The notes under the pieces: model-generated
Seen by the model: only the letters and a program-made list of their open reading frames with translations
The model's database searches: none
What the model was told of the DNA's origin: nothing
Source of the DNA: Filimonas zeae
Lineage (GTDB): Bacteria; Bacteroidota; Bacteroidia; Chitinophagales; Chitinophagaceae
Length of the DNA: 24,000 nt
Direction: 5' to 3'
Assembly (NCBI RefSeq): GCF_014641615.1
Contig: NZ_BMIB01000004.1
Coordinates: 1,048,785 to 1,072,784 of the forward strand
Position numbers and translations under genes: made by a program
In this document: positions 1 to 9,836 of the stretch, one piece after another
Position numbering within the stretch: the stretch's first letter is position 1
Layout of the letters: every line of letters begins with the position of its first letter

Positions 1-445
1 GCGGTTTGTCTTTTTCCGGCGCACCGGCAAACAGGTGCAGGTTATGCAACTTATCGCCGTTAAACTCTACGGATATTTTATGCGGCTCCGTTAATACAAA
101 CGTAGCCACATTGCCTAGCAGCTTAGGTTGTATACCATATACCTCTGGCCGTATTTTTACGCTCTGTACATTTTCATTGTTCTTACGTACCATTACTTCT
201 ACCGGGCCTTCCATATCAAAATGCACCATCGAGGCTTCCTGCACTTTATCCAGATCTACTTTTACCTTGTACTCAAACAGGTCCTGCCACTTACCACCGG
301 GCTTGCGTACCCGCACGGTATAATCATCATTGTGCATGGAGTAGATTACGGCCGCCGGGGCGGGCCAGGTAACCAGCTGCTGCGCCCGTGCGCAGCAGCA
401 TGCGGTTAATAAGGTTACTACACAAAGCCATTTCCTTCCATTCAT
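1..445 (-). CDS. Secreted carbohydrate-active enzyme, N-terminal part only (gene continues past the left edge). The N-domain resembles the beta-sandwich that precedes beta-helix GH28/GH49-like catalytic domains
   Basis: Absent from the ORF track because no stop lies in the window. My translation of the reverse strand from ATG (445..443) stays open to position 1: MNGRKWLCVVTLLTACCCARAQQLVTWPAPAAVIYSMHNDDYTVRVRKPGGKWQDLFEYKVKVDL...VEFNGDKLHNLHLFAGAPEKDKP. It has a signal peptide and lies 33 bp downstream of the SusD-like stop on the same strand. The family assignment is from memory of similar N-termini and is weak. Confidence 0.7.
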   Translation of the reverse strand, partial: MNGRKWLCVVTLLTACCCARAQQLVTWPAPAAVIYSMHNDDYTVRVRKPGGKWQDLFEYKVKVDLDKVQEASMVHFDMEGPVEVMVRKNNENVQSVKIRPEVYGIQPKLLGNVATFVLTEPHKISVEFNGDKLHNLHLFAGAPEKDKP

Positions 446-478
446 ACTCTCATCTGTTATTAGCGTGAACACCTGCCA

Positions 479-2323
479 TTAATACTGCGGGTTTTGCAGC
501 AGCCGTGGGTTCAGGGTTATCTGATCCTGCGGAATGGAGGTGAGATAATTCTTCTTTGTCATAGGCACCGCCGGAGGGCCGCTGAGTATTACCGCCCCTG
601 TTGCCGCATCTACCCCAAACGCATAGGTACCGGGTTTGTACGATGGCAGTTTGGTATAGGGGTTGGTAAACGTAGCTATCTCCGTAGGCTGCCCGTTGTA
701 CTGCACTATCATGCCTTTGGGTGTCTGGTTCAGCTCCTGCTCGGCAATGCCCCAGCGGAACAGATCGGTAAAGCGGGTATTCTCGCTTAACAGTTCCAGC
801 GTACGCTCGCGGCGTATTTCGCCCAGCATGGTAAGGGAGGGGTAAGGTGCTATCAGTGCGTTGGTAAGCGGTGCAGCCCCCGCACGCGCTCTTATCTTGT
901 TGATAGAACTGTTTAAGTCTGCATCTGAAATAGTACCGTTGCCCAACTCGCATTTGGCTTCCGCATAAATGAGATATACTTCTGCCAGGCGTATCTGCGG
1001 ATAGTCGTACGATTCCTGATAATCATTCCGGCCCGGATGCTCACTGCTCCATTTACGGCTGCCGTAGCCGCTGCCACCATTGCTTAAATCGGGATACGAT
1101 ACGTTGATGTAAGAAGGCCAGTTGGCTACGGTTAAATAATTGGCCAGTGTATAGTTGGCTCCGTAGGCCGAGCTGAAACCCCAGTACTTCTGGCGGGGTG
1201 CGCCGGTTATACAGGTCATGCGCGACTCGCGGTTTTCAAACTCATCGGTCATTAACGCATAACCCTTTGCCAGTGGCGATACACTATAAGGTAATCCGTC
1301 TTTACACAAAAACATATCCATCAGCTTGCGGGATATACCACCGCCACCGGTATGTGTAAGGTTGGCATTGCCCGTTAACAGGGTATAGTCGTACTTGCTG
1401 GAAAGAATGTATTCTTTGTTGGCCGCTTTGGTAAGTCCCTTCGGGTTAGAAGCCGCATCTTCCAGTATAAACAGGTAGCGGTAACTGAGGGAGTCTACAC
1501 CGGAGAACAGCGAGTAATCGCCATAGCTCATCACCTGCTGACTCAGTGCTGCTGCCTCTGTAAGGTATTTTGTAACATTACCGGCATCATATCCATTGCT
1601 GCCTGCACCGGACGAAACGCCATCACCATCGGTAGTCTTGCCTACATATTTTTCGTAAGTACCCTCATACAGCAGCACTCTTGCTTTAAACGCCATGGCC
1701 GCCTGTTTACTTACCTGCCCTTTATCGCCGGCAGCAATAGCTGCCTCCAGTGGCAGGCCATCTATAGCCACATCCAGATCAGACAGTATCTGCTTTGTAA
1801 CCTCATAGCGGCTGTTGCGCGGTGCAGTAAGCAGGGTGCTGTTTACATCGGCCACTACTGTATCAACAGGCACACCGCCAAAACGCTTCAGCAGAAAAAA
1901 GTGATGCCAGGCGCGGAAGAAATAAGCGGCAGACACATACTGTTTAATACCTGCATAATCTCCGGGGTACTGTGCTACTTTGGCTATCAGAATATTATTG
2001 CCGCGTATATACGCATAAGGGTTGTTCCAGTACATATCTGCTGCGTTCAGCAGCGAGGGCCATCCGTAACCGGGGTTCAGCAGGTCGCTGCCCCAATCCA
2101 TCCAGTTATAAATATTACTGCCGCTTACCGGGCGAAAGCCAATCATTTTGTTATAAAAATCATTGGCCGCAGCTTTAAACTGCTCAGGCGTTTTAAAATA
2201 CACGGCTTCTGTAGGCTGATCCAGCGGATTCAGATCCAGAAAGGTTTTGGTGCAGGACGCAAACAGTACTGCAAACGCCGCTGCTGTGACTATATTCAAT
2301 GCTTTTATTGCAGGCATAACCAT
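479..2323 (-). CDS. susD: SusD/RagB-family nutrient-binding outer-membrane lipoprotein
   Basis: 614-aa ORF with an ATG start. The N-terminus MVMPAIKALNIVTAAAFAVLFASC carries a lipoprotein signal ending in Cys. Its size, aromatic-rich composition and position 13 bp downstream of a SusC-type transporter match the canonical SusC/SusD pairing. Confidence 0.9.
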   Translation of the reverse strand: MVMPAIKALNIVTAAAFAVLFASCTKTFLDLNPLDQPTEAVYFKTPEQFKAAANDFYNKMIGFRPVSGSNIYNWMDWGSDLLNPGYGWPSLLNAADMYWNNPYAYIRGNNILIAKVAQYPGDYAGIKQYVSAAYFFRAWHHFFLLKRFGGVPVDTVVADVNSTLLTAPRNSRYEVTKQILSDLDVAIDGLPLEAAIAAGDKGQVSKQAAMAFKARVLLYEGTYEKYVGKTTDGDGVSSGAGSNGYDAGNVTKYLTEAAALSQQVMSYGDYSLFSGVDSLSYRYLFILEDAASNPKGLTKAANKEYILSSKYDYTLLTGNANLTHTGGGGISRKLMDMFLCKDGLPYSVSPLAKGYALMTDEFENRESRMTCITGAPRQKYWGFSSAYGANYTLANYLTVANWPSYINVSYPDLSNGGSGYGSRKWSSEHPGRNDYQESYDYPQIRLAEVYLIYAEAKCELGNGTISDADLNSSINKIRARAGAAPLTNALIAPYPSLTMLGEIRRERTLELLSENTRFTDLFRWGIAEQELNQTPKGMIVQYNGQPTEIATFTNPYTKLPSYKPGTYAFGVDAATGAVILSGPPAVPMTKKNYLTSIPQDQITLNPRLLQNPQY

Positions 2324-2336
2324 CGTTTTAAAGAAT

Positions 2337-5300
2337 CTAAAAAGTGAGATTTACACCGAACGACCAGGTTCTGAAAAAGGGATAACTGTTATCGCTGCTT
2401 TCTCCACGTTCCGGATCAAAACCATCGCGCACAGAGGTCAGCTCAAACAAATCGTTCCCGGAAAAGAATACTCTGGCCCTTTCTGATTTTATGCGTGACG
2501 ATATGGAACGGGGCAGTGTATAACCTATCACCAGCATCTTCAGGCGGGCATAGCGCAGGTTCTGCACATTTACATCGTTAAACTGCCAGTTCCAGTTGTT
2601 TACGTTGGCATCAAAAGAAAGGCGTGGGAAAGGCGCACCTGTGTTATCCGGTGTCCATGTTTTACCTATATACGTAGTGTTTACGTTAAGATAGTTGCGG
2701 AAGAAAGGCGCACGGCCATTACCTGTACGCAGTATGTTCCACTTGTATACACCCTGTATAAACGCACTGAAATCAAACCCACGCCATTGTGCACCCAGGT
2801 TAACACCAAACTGATAATGCGGGTCGGCATCACCATAGAAATACAGGTCGCCACTGCCTTTGGCACCGGTGCCGGTAGCGGTAATTTTATTATCTCCATC
2901 CAGGTCAACCACCTTCAGGTCGCCGGGGCGCAGCACGTTGGTAGCACCGGCACCACCACTGTAAGTAGCTACACGGCCGGTTGAACCGTATCTGGCAAAA
3001 TAGTCGTTGGCTTCCTGCTGTGTGGTAAAATAGCCATCGGTTTTATATACATACAGGCTGTTTAATGGGTAGCCTTCGCGCGGGGTAGTATACTTACCCT
3101 CGGCCCAGGTGTTGGCACCGGCGTAGGATAAAACCGTATTTTTTGCATTAAACAGGTTAAAGCCTACGTTGTACTGCACCTCACCCACTTTGTCTTTCCA
3201 GTTCAGCGTCAGTTCCCACCCACGGGTACGCAGGGTACCGCTGTTGGTGGTAGGTGCCGGGCCACCCAGTGTGGTAGGGTATACCACTCGTATCAGCATA
3301 CCTACGTTTTTGTTCTCAAACATTTCAAACACACCGCTTAACCGGTTATGCAGGGTACCAAACTCCAGGGCTATGTTCTTCTTCACCATTCTTTCCCAGG
3401 TACGCTGGTTAGTGGTAATACCATTCAGGTAACCGGTGGGCTGTAACGCCGGAGTAGAACCAAACAACGCAGTGCCGGTGCCTATCAACGCCAGATAATC
3501 GTAGTTGCCCAGGCTGGCTTGTCCGCCTGTTTCACCATATCCGGCTTTCAGTTTTAATTCGTTCAGCCAGGTGGCACGCTCCATAAACTTCTCTTCGGTA
3601 ATGCGCCATCCGCCTGATACGCCGTAGAAATTGCTCCAGCGGTTGCTTACATCAAAACGGGAGGAGCCATCGCGGCGACCGAGAAACTCCAGCAGGTACT
3701 TTCTCTTGTAATCGTAGTTAACACGGGTAAAGTAAGATACCAGGCCCCAGTGGCTGGCCCCGCCGGAGTTTAATCCGGTAAAGGAAGCCGTGGTGGGCGA
3801 TATAGCGGTGTTGATATCATACAAACCTTCGTACTGTAACTGAGAACGCGAAGCGTTGAGGCTTCTGGTTTCAGACAACTCGGCAGAGGTGCCGGCCATT
3901 ACCGCCATGTTGTGATGCTGTGCAATGGTTTTTATATAATCTGCCTGGGCGCTATAGGTTTGATATACCGTGTTGCCCACTGTTTCTGAAATGTTGGGGT
4001 TATTAGGTGGGGCGTATTGTACCGAGTTCACTTTGGTACCCAGCCAGTTCCACAGGTTAAAGGTTTGGTTGTACGCCGTGTTCCAGCCGTCGCGCTTTAC
4101 CACTGCTGCGTTACCGGTAAGCTTTAAGCCTTTGGCTACTTCTGCTATCAGTTTTGCGTTCAGCCTTATAATACCTTCTCTGTTTTTAGCAGTACCGCCA
4201 GATTTGGTAAAGGCCACAGGGTTTCTGTACCCATAATCATCGTAGTACTGGCCCAGCTTGTTGTATACGGGAAATATAGGTGCATCAAAAAAACCGTTAC
4301 CTATTCCATTACGCGGGCTTTGCACCGTGCGGTTGTCGAACGATACACCAGTTTCTAACCGCACGCGATCGCTGATATTATAATCGTAGTTAAAGCGCGC
4401 GGTGTATTTCTTCTCGCCATCATAGGCTGTTTTCAGCAGGGATTTGTTATCGGAATAGCCCAGCGAAAACATATAGGCGGTTTTGCCATTGGAGCCACGG
4501 ACAGACAGGTTTTGCTGATTGCTCCACGCGGAGCCATATAAGGCATCCTGCCAGTTGTTGTTGGCGTAGTGGTGTACAATACCGGCAGGGTCGGTATAAT
4601 CAAACGAGGAATCTGCCGCCATCTTTATCAGGTTTTCTTTGGTCCACTGCGGAAACCATTCTATCGGGTTACCGGCCACATCCCTTTTATCAGAAGTAGA
4701 GGTTTGCAGGTACAGGCCCGCCCATTGCGACATAGAAGCCCAGGGTACGGTAATGCCAATGCTATTGAGGTTAAAGTTGGAGTTATAGCTTACTACCATT
4801 TTACCTCCCTTACCTCTTTTGGTAGTTACCAGTATAACACCACCCTGCGCACGTGCGCCATAAATAGCGGCAGAGGCATCTTTTAACGCCGTAACGGTTT
4901 CAATATCGTTGGGGTTAATCTGGTTAAACTCCCAGGTGCCAATCAGCGGCACACCGTCTACAATAATCAGCGGGTCCACCCCGGAAATGGAAGAGGCGCC
5001 ACGCATTACAATACCCAGCCCTTCATTACCGGGGCGGGTAGAGGTGCGGGTAATCTGCAGGCCGGGTATAAAACCCTGCAAGGCCAGGCCGGCATTGGCT
5101 ACCGGGCGGTCTTTAAACACTTCCTCGCCTACCTGCACAATAGAACCGGTAAGGGTGGCTTTTTTACGGGCGCCATAACCTACCACCACCACATCGCCCA
5201 GGTCGGCAGCGTTTGCTTTTTCTAACTGAATGGCTACGGTGCCGGAGGCATCGGGCGTTACCGTAAGCGTGGTGTAACCAATATGGCTTACCACCAGTTT

Positions 5301-5513
5301 ACCACCTGCGGGTAGCTGAATAGTAAAACGGCCCTGCGCATCGGTAGCAGTGCCGGTAGCGGCTCCTTCTACTTTAATGGCCACATTAGCCAGTGCGGTA
5401 TCGGCACCCGCATCGGTAACCCTTCCCTTCAGGGTGCGGGTTTGGGCCCAGGTACACAGGCTGCCCAGCAGCACTGCCAGTAAGGGCAATAAAAACAATC
5501 TGATTGTTCTCAT
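2337..5513 (-). CDS. susC: SusC-type TonB-dependent outer-membrane transporter
   Basis: The ORF track starts at 5579, but the first 22 codons have no signal peptide. The ATG at 5513 gives MRTIRLFLLPLLAVLLGSLCTWAQ. This is followed by a carboxypeptidase-regulatory-like domain (LKGRVTDAG...ANVAIKVEG), a plug region (VVVGYGARKKATLTGS) and a long beta-barrel ending ...WSFGVNLTF with a terminal Phe. Confidence 0.92.
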   Translation of the reverse strand: MRTIRLFLLPLLAVLLGSLCTWAQTRTLKGRVTDAGADTALANVAIKVEGAATGTATDAQGRFTIQLPAGGKLVVSHIGYTTLTVTPDASGTVAIQLEKANAADLGDVVVVGYGARKKATLTGSIVQVGEEVFKDRPVANAGLALQGFIPGLQITRTSTRPGNEGLGIVMRGASSISGVDPLIIVDGVPLIGTWEFNQINPNDIETVTALKDASAAIYGARAQGGVILVTTKRGKGGKMVVSYNSNFNLNSIGITVPWASMSQWAGLYLQTSTSDKRDVAGNPIEWFPQWTKENLIKMAADSSFDYTDPAGIVHHYANNNWQDALYGSAWSNQQNLSVRGSNGKTAYMFSLGYSDNKSLLKTAYDGEKKYTARFNYDYNISDRVRLETGVSFDNRTVQSPRNGIGNGFFDAPIFPVYNKLGQYYDDYGYRNPVAFTKSGGTAKNREGIIRLNAKLIAEVAKGLKLTGNAAVVKRDGWNTAYNQTFNLWNWLGTKVNSVQYAPPNNPNISETVGNTVYQTYSAQADYIKTIAQHHNMAVMAGTSAELSETRSLNASRSQLQYEGLYDINTAISPTTASFTGLNSGGASHWGLVSYFTRVNYDYKRKYLLEFLGRRDGSSRFDVSNRWSNFYGVSGGWRITEEKFMERATWLNELKLKAGYGETGGQASLGNYDYLALIGTGTALFGSTPALQPTGYLNGITTNQRTWERMVKKNIALEFGTLHNRLSGVFEMFENKNVGMLIRVVYPTTLGGPAPTTNSGTLRTRGWELTLNWKDKVGEVQYNVGFNLFNAKNTVLSYAGANTWAEGKYTTPREGYPLNSLYVYKTDGYFTTQQEANDYFARYGSTGRVATYSGGAGATNVLRPGDLKVVDLDGDNKITATGTGAKGSGDLYFYGDADPHYQFGVNLGAQWRGFDFSAFIQGVYKWNILRTGNGRAPFFRNYLNVNTTYIGKTWTPDNTGAPFPRLSFDANVNNWNWQFNDVNVQNLRYARLKMLVIGYTLPRSISSRIKSERARVFFSGNDLFELTSVRDGFDPERGESSDNSYPFFRTWSFGVNLTF

Positions 5514-5576
5514 ACAGCAATTTGTTGAAGATGGAAAAGAAGTGAACGACATCGCAATCGAAGTTGTTGAACACCT

Positions 5577-5584
5577 CAAAAGTA
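5577..5584 (-). promoter_or_regulatory. Putative Bacteroidota -7 promoter box (TACTTTTG on the minus strand) for the susC/susD operon
   Basis: Plus-strand CAAAAGTA is TAnnTTTG on the minus strand, about 64 nt upstream of the susC ATG. No convincing -33 TTG lies at the expected spacing. Confidence 0.3.
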
Positions 5585-5585
5585 G

Positions 5586-5635
5586 AGGGGGGATTTACCT
5601 GAGGGGGTGGTTTTTTAAACCAAAAAAGGGGGGAT
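5586..5635. repeat. Exact 9-bp direct repeat AGGGGGGAT (5586-5594 and 5627-5635) plus a related GAGGGGGTG (5601-5609) in the HTCS-susC intergenic region
   Basis: Read directly from the sequence. The two exact copies are 41 bp apart, and the proximal copy abuts the putative -7 box. Confidence 0.6.
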
Positions 5636-5645
5636 AAATGTCCAA

Positions 5646-8600
5646 TCACCCCTGATCTGGCTTGCGGATATTTTTATTCAGTTGCAGATTATTATGAAAG
5701 GGCTTCCGGAAACGCTGAATGTATTCCGACGGGTTCATGCCAAACAGTTTAGAAAAATGCGTGCGGAAATATTTGATATCGTTAAAGCCGGTAACGGCTG
5801 CTATTTCGGTTACATTGTTTTCGGTGGTAATCATCAGTTCGGCAGCTTTGCGCAAACGGATAAACCGGATAAACCCGATAATGCTCTGCCCCGATACGGA
5901 GTTTACCTTCCGGTACAGGCTGGACCGGCTCATCCCCATTTCTGTACTGAGGGTTTTGATAGAAAAGGTTTCATCGTCCAGATGATCTTCCACTATGCGG
6001 ATACACTTATCCAGAAACTCGCGATACTCTACGGATACCTTTCCATCGTTCTGTTGCAGGGTAATTTCGTTATAGAAATACTGTTGCAGCGAGTTGCGTT
6101 TTTTCAGCAGGCTTACTACCCGCGCTTTCAGCAACTCTTTTTCAAACGGCTTGGTAATATAATCATCTGCCCCGGCTTCAATGCCCCGCAGGCGGGTTTC
6201 AGAAGCGGTGCTGGCGGTAAGCAGAATTACCGGTATGTGCGATAAGGATGTATTCTCTTTTACCTGTTTACACAAATCCACGCCATCGGTGCCGGCCATG
6301 GTAATATCGCTGATAATTAAATCGGGCAGGTATTGCTGCGCAAGGGCAAGGCCCTCCTGCGCATTCACGGCCTGTAGTACAGTAAACTCATTACTGAATA
6401 CTTTGCTCACATAGCTGCGCAGGTCGTCATCATCATCTACCATCAGCAGCGTAGGCTTTTCGGTAATCAGTGTGGTGAGTTCCCTGCCTTTGTCGGCAGC
6501 TATTTCGGGCGCTTCCGGTTCGGGCAGGGCGGCGGGCGCTGTGGTTTCCGTAGCAGCGCTGATTTCCTGTTCCCCAAAATGGGCAGTACCTTTTAACAGG
6601 GCCAGCGTAAACGTGGTGCCACCGTTCAGCTGGCTTTGGTAGCTTACCTGGCCATGATGCAGGCCGGTAAAATGCTTTACCAGAAACAGGCCTATACCAA
6701 AACCGGTTTTACCGGCAGTGGCACTGTCTTTTACCTGGTAAAAGCGGTTGAACAGTTTGTCCCCTGTGCCTTCGGGTATACCGGCACCGCTATCGTTTAC
6801 CTGTATCATTACCTGCGTGTCGGTAGCTTCCAGCTTCAGCACTACCCCGCCGCCGTTGGGTGTAAACTTAATGGCGTTGGATAGCAGGTTGAATACAATG
6901 ATTTCCAGCTTTTCGCGGTCGGCACACAACGCAATTTCCTGCTCTGCACATTCAAAGCGGTAATCCAGTTTTTTTATCCGTGCCTGCTGTATAAAGCTGT
7001 AGTATACCTCGCTACATAACTCTACCGCATTCAGCATGGTCAGATGCAGGGTGTCGGCCTCGGCTTCTGCTTTGCGGAAAAGCAGCAACTGATCTACCAG
7101 GCTCAGCAGCCGCCGGGCGTTGCGGAACACCATATGCAGGCTTTCCTTTAACGCCGGCTCTTTCTCCTGCTCAATCATTTCTTTTACGGGATCAATAATC
7201 AGCGTAAGGGGTGTACGAAACTCGTGCGACAGGTTGGTGAAAAAGGTAAGCCGCTTTTCATGCACTTCTTTTTCCTTCTGTGCAGTCAGCTGTGCCTCGC
7301 GGGTTTGCAGCTGCGCCACTTTTACTTCATAATGCAGCCGACCCTGGCGGGTTTTATAACTGATGAACAAATAAATAGCGGCAATAAGGCAAACACCATA
7401 TAACAGGTAAGCCCACCAACTGCGGTACCAGGGCGGTAACACGGTTATGCGTATGGCAATTTCCTGCGCATTCCATTCCCCCTCGCCATTGGTGCTTTTA
7501 ACGCGAAACACATAACTGCCTTCATCCAGGTGGGTGTAAGCAGCAGTGCGCATATTGCCTGCCTGGTTCCAGCTTCTATCCCACCCTTCCATATAATAGG
7601 CGTAGGATATTTTGCCCGGTACACTGTATTCCAATGCGGTGTAACTAAAAGCCAGCACGGCTTTGCTGTAAGGCACCGTAATAGCGGCAATGCTGCCACC
7701 GGCCAGTTGTTTTACAAAAGAAGTATCTTCTGCAACGGGTATGTTATTAATAATTACATCTGTCAGTTGCAAAGGCGGCATGGCATGGTTGGCGCGTATG
7801 GCTTCGGGGCTAAACAGGTTTAACCCTTTAATACCACCAAAGGCCAGCTGCCCGTTGCGGAGTGCCAGGCCACTGTTGTAATGAAACTGATTGCTCTGCA
7901 AACCATCTGCCTGGTAGTAGTTGCGGCAGGTATGTTTGTTACGGTCAAAACGCGTAAGTCCGTTAAAAGTACTGAGCCATAAATAACCGTTGCCATCTTC
8001 CAGTATGGTAAGCACCACATCACTGCTCAGTCCTTCGGCGGTGGAGTAGCGTGCGGTAACACGCTGGCGCATTCTGTCAAACAATTGCAGGCCACCGCCT
8101 TCTGTACCCAGCCACAGATTACCGCCTTTATCTTCATAAATACTCCGCACAGCATAGCCAATGTTATAAAAGGTGTGCTTTTTATTCACCCGGTCAATCT
8201 TTACCAGCTGGTTCAGGTTACCGCCCCATAACACGCCGTTGCCATCTTCGTACAACGTAAACAGATCTGACAGGGAAGCATCAAACACTTCAAACTTATC
8301 GGTGGTGGCATTGAGGCTGTACAAAGCACCAAACACGCTGTTCTGGCGCAGGGTAGATACCCATAGGCGGCGACCACGATCTTCCAGTACCGAATACGCT
8401 ACCCGGTCGTTCATATTGTATCCGGGGTTCTGTAACAGGTATTTATCTATTTTACCCGTAGCCGGTGTGTAGCGGTTAAGGCCGTGCCGGAAGGTAGCTA
8501 TCCATATATGCTGCGTGTTATCTGCTTTAATAGCGGTAACGGCATTGTCAGAAAGGGAATGCGCATTACCAGGCTGATTGCTTAACGTAACAAAAGTGTT

Positions 8601-9785
8601 GTGCTGGCGGTTCCATATAGATACGCCTCCACCGTCGGTACCAATATACAGGATTCCATCTTCGGCTTCGTATAAGGCAGATACCACTTTATCGGCCAGG
8701 GAGTTGCTGTTACCCGGCTCCTGCGTAAGCGTTTGAAAACGGCCCTTCTGCGGGTCTATAATAGCTGCGCCACTGGTAGCAGTGCCTATCCATTTGCGGC
8801 CCTGTCTGTCCACAAACAAAGCATGTAAGCCCATTTTACTTAACGCACCCGGCCCTTCGTTTCTGCTCATCAGCATGGCATGCTGCTCACCGGGCTTCCA
8901 GGCCAGCAGGTTGCCCAGCACCGTACCCATCCAGTAACGCCCTTCTTCATCTATCGAAAAAGAAACAATGCTTCCGGCCTCGGGCAGTTGCTGCTGAAAG
9001 CTGAACATAACCGAAGGCTCCGGCATAGCGGGGTTGTAGCCGTACAAGGCATAGCCATCTGCTATTACCAGGTTGCTGCCCTGCATTTCCATACAGGCGG
9101 CATTGGTATGCGAGGCGTTTACCAGTACCAGCTGCTGCGCCGCATAGCTATAGCGCGCCAGCCCGTATTTGTGAATCAGTGCCCATACGTTACCGGCAGC
9201 ATCTATACGTACCGATTTTACTGTGTAACCCGTAACCGGCCGACCTGCCTGCATTAACGTAACAGGCTGCGCTTCCAGGCCGGAGCGGGCGCATACCAGT
9301 AGCCCCATACCTTCTGTGGCCAGGAATATGTTGTTGTTTTTATCGGCCCGCACTTCTTTTACCACGGCTTTCAGTGGCTGGGTTTTATTACCGCGCAGGT
9401 ATACGGTGTTAAACCGGTTCCATAATGGCGATAGGCGGCTTACGCCCTGCCGGGTGCCAACCCATATATTATGCGCACTGTCTTCCGTAACAGCAAGAAT
9501 AATATTATGTACCAGCGATTGTGTGTCGCCCGACTTATTGCGGTACACCCGGCAGTTATAACCATCGTACCGGTTTAGTCCATCAAACGTGCCCAGCCAT
9601 ATAAACCCCTTATGATCCTGAAAAATACTGCGCACCGTGTTGTTAGATAAACCCTGCTCATTATCCAGAAACGATACCGGCGGCAAAGGTGCCGTAGCGG
9701 CTGTTACTGCATATAACAGTGCGGCCATAACGGCAACGACTTTTGGCAGAAAACGGAAAAGCTGATATGGCAGTAGCTGATACAT
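5646..9785 (-). CDS. Hybrid two-component system regulator (periplasmic beta-propeller/Y_Y_Y sensor, histidine kinase, receiver, AraC-type HTH), the typical PUL regulator
   Basis: There is a long N-terminal repeat region with recurring W.GT..GL..Y/F motifs, then a TM helix WWAYLLYGVCLIAAIYLFISY. The H-box is FFTNLSHEFRTPLTLI and the ATPase boxes are LLSNAIKFTPNGG, DSGAGIP and GFGIGL. The receiver reads LLMVDDDDD...DLIISDITMAGTDG...KPF. The C-terminal AraC HTH reads GFNDIKYFRTHFSKLFGMNPSEY. The ORF-track start at 9797 is TTG; the ATG at 9785 (MYQLLPYQ...) is the more likely start. Confidence 0.92.
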   Translation of the reverse strand: MYQLLPYQLFRFLPKVVAVMAALLYAVTAATAPLPPVSFLDNEQGLSNNTVRSIFQDHKGFIWLGTFDGLNRYDGYNCRVYRNKSGDTQSLVHNIILAVTEDSAHNIWVGTRQGVSRLSPLWNRFNTVYLRGNKTQPLKAVVKEVRADKNNNIFLATEGMGLLVCARSGLEAQPVTLMQAGRPVTGYTVKSVRIDAAGNVWALIHKYGLARYSYAAQQLVLVNASHTNAACMEMQGSNLVIADGYALYGYNPAMPEPSVMFSFQQQLPEAGSIVSFSIDEEGRYWMGTVLGNLLAWKPGEQHAMLMSRNEGPGALSKMGLHALFVDRQGRKWIGTATSGAAIIDPQKGRFQTLTQEPGNSNSLADKVVSALYEAEDGILYIGTDGGGVSIWNRQHNTFVTLSNQPGNAHSLSDNAVTAIKADNTQHIWIATFRHGLNRYTPATGKIDKYLLQNPGYNMNDRVAYSVLEDRGRRLWVSTLRQNSVFGALYSLNATTDKFEVFDASLSDLFTLYEDGNGVLWGGNLNQLVKIDRVNKKHTFYNIGYAVRSIYEDKGGNLWLGTEGGGLQLFDRMRQRVTARYSTAEGLSSDVVLTILEDGNGYLWLSTFNGLTRFDRNKHTCRNYYQADGLQSNQFHYNSGLALRNGQLAFGGIKGLNLFSPEAIRANHAMPPLQLTDVIINNIPVAEDTSFVKQLAGGSIAAITVPYSKAVLAFSYTALEYSVPGKISYAYYMEGWDRSWNQAGNMRTAAYTHLDEGSYVFRVKSTNGEGEWNAQEIAIRITVLPPWYRSWWAYLLYGVCLIAAIYLFISYKTRQGRLHYEVKVAQLQTREAQLTAQKEKEVHEKRLTFFTNLSHEFRTPLTLIIDPVKEMIEQEKEPALKESLHMVFRNARRLLSLVDQLLLFRKAEAEADTLHLTMLNAVELCSEVYYSFIQQARIKKLDYRFECAEQEIALCADREKLEIIVFNLLSNAIKFTPNGGGVVLKLEATDTQVMIQVNDSGAGIPEGTGDKLFNRFYQVKDSATAGKTGFGIGLFLVKHFTGLHHGQVSYQSQLNGGTTFTLALLKGTAHFGEQEISAATETTAPAALPEPEAPEIAADKGRELTTLITEKPTLLMVDDDDDLRSYVSKVFSNEFTVLQAVNAQEGLALAQQYLPDLIISDITMAGTDGVDLCKQVKENTSLSHIPVILLTASTASETRLRGIEAGADDYITKPFEKELLKARVVSLLKKRNSLQQYFYNEITLQQNDGKVSVEYREFLDKCIRIVEDHLDDETFSIKTLSTEMGMSRSSLYRKVNSVSGQSIIGFIRFIRLRKAAELMITTENNVTEIAAVTGFNDIKYFRTHFSKLFGMNPSEYIQRFRKPFHNNLQLNKNIRKPDQG

Positions 9786-9836
9786 GGTAACCGGCAAATA
9801 ATAGTGAAGTATGGCTGCGGTAAATTACAGGTTTTA

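Noticed and set aside
450-2347. ORFs overlapping the SusD-like gene: 450-953 (-), 494-790 (+), 1901-2347 (+) and 1972-2178 (+).
   Set aside because: These are shadow ORFs in alternative frames of a confidently identified gene. Their Arg/Cys-rich composition is typical of out-of-frame translation.
5587-5633. Possible G-quadruplex formed by the G6, G5 and G6 tracts in the susC promoter region.
   Set aside because: Only three substantial G-runs are present and the loops are long (about 10 and 20 nt). The mRNA-sense strand is the C-rich one. The evidence is insufficient to call a G4, so I kept it only as a direct-repeat observation.
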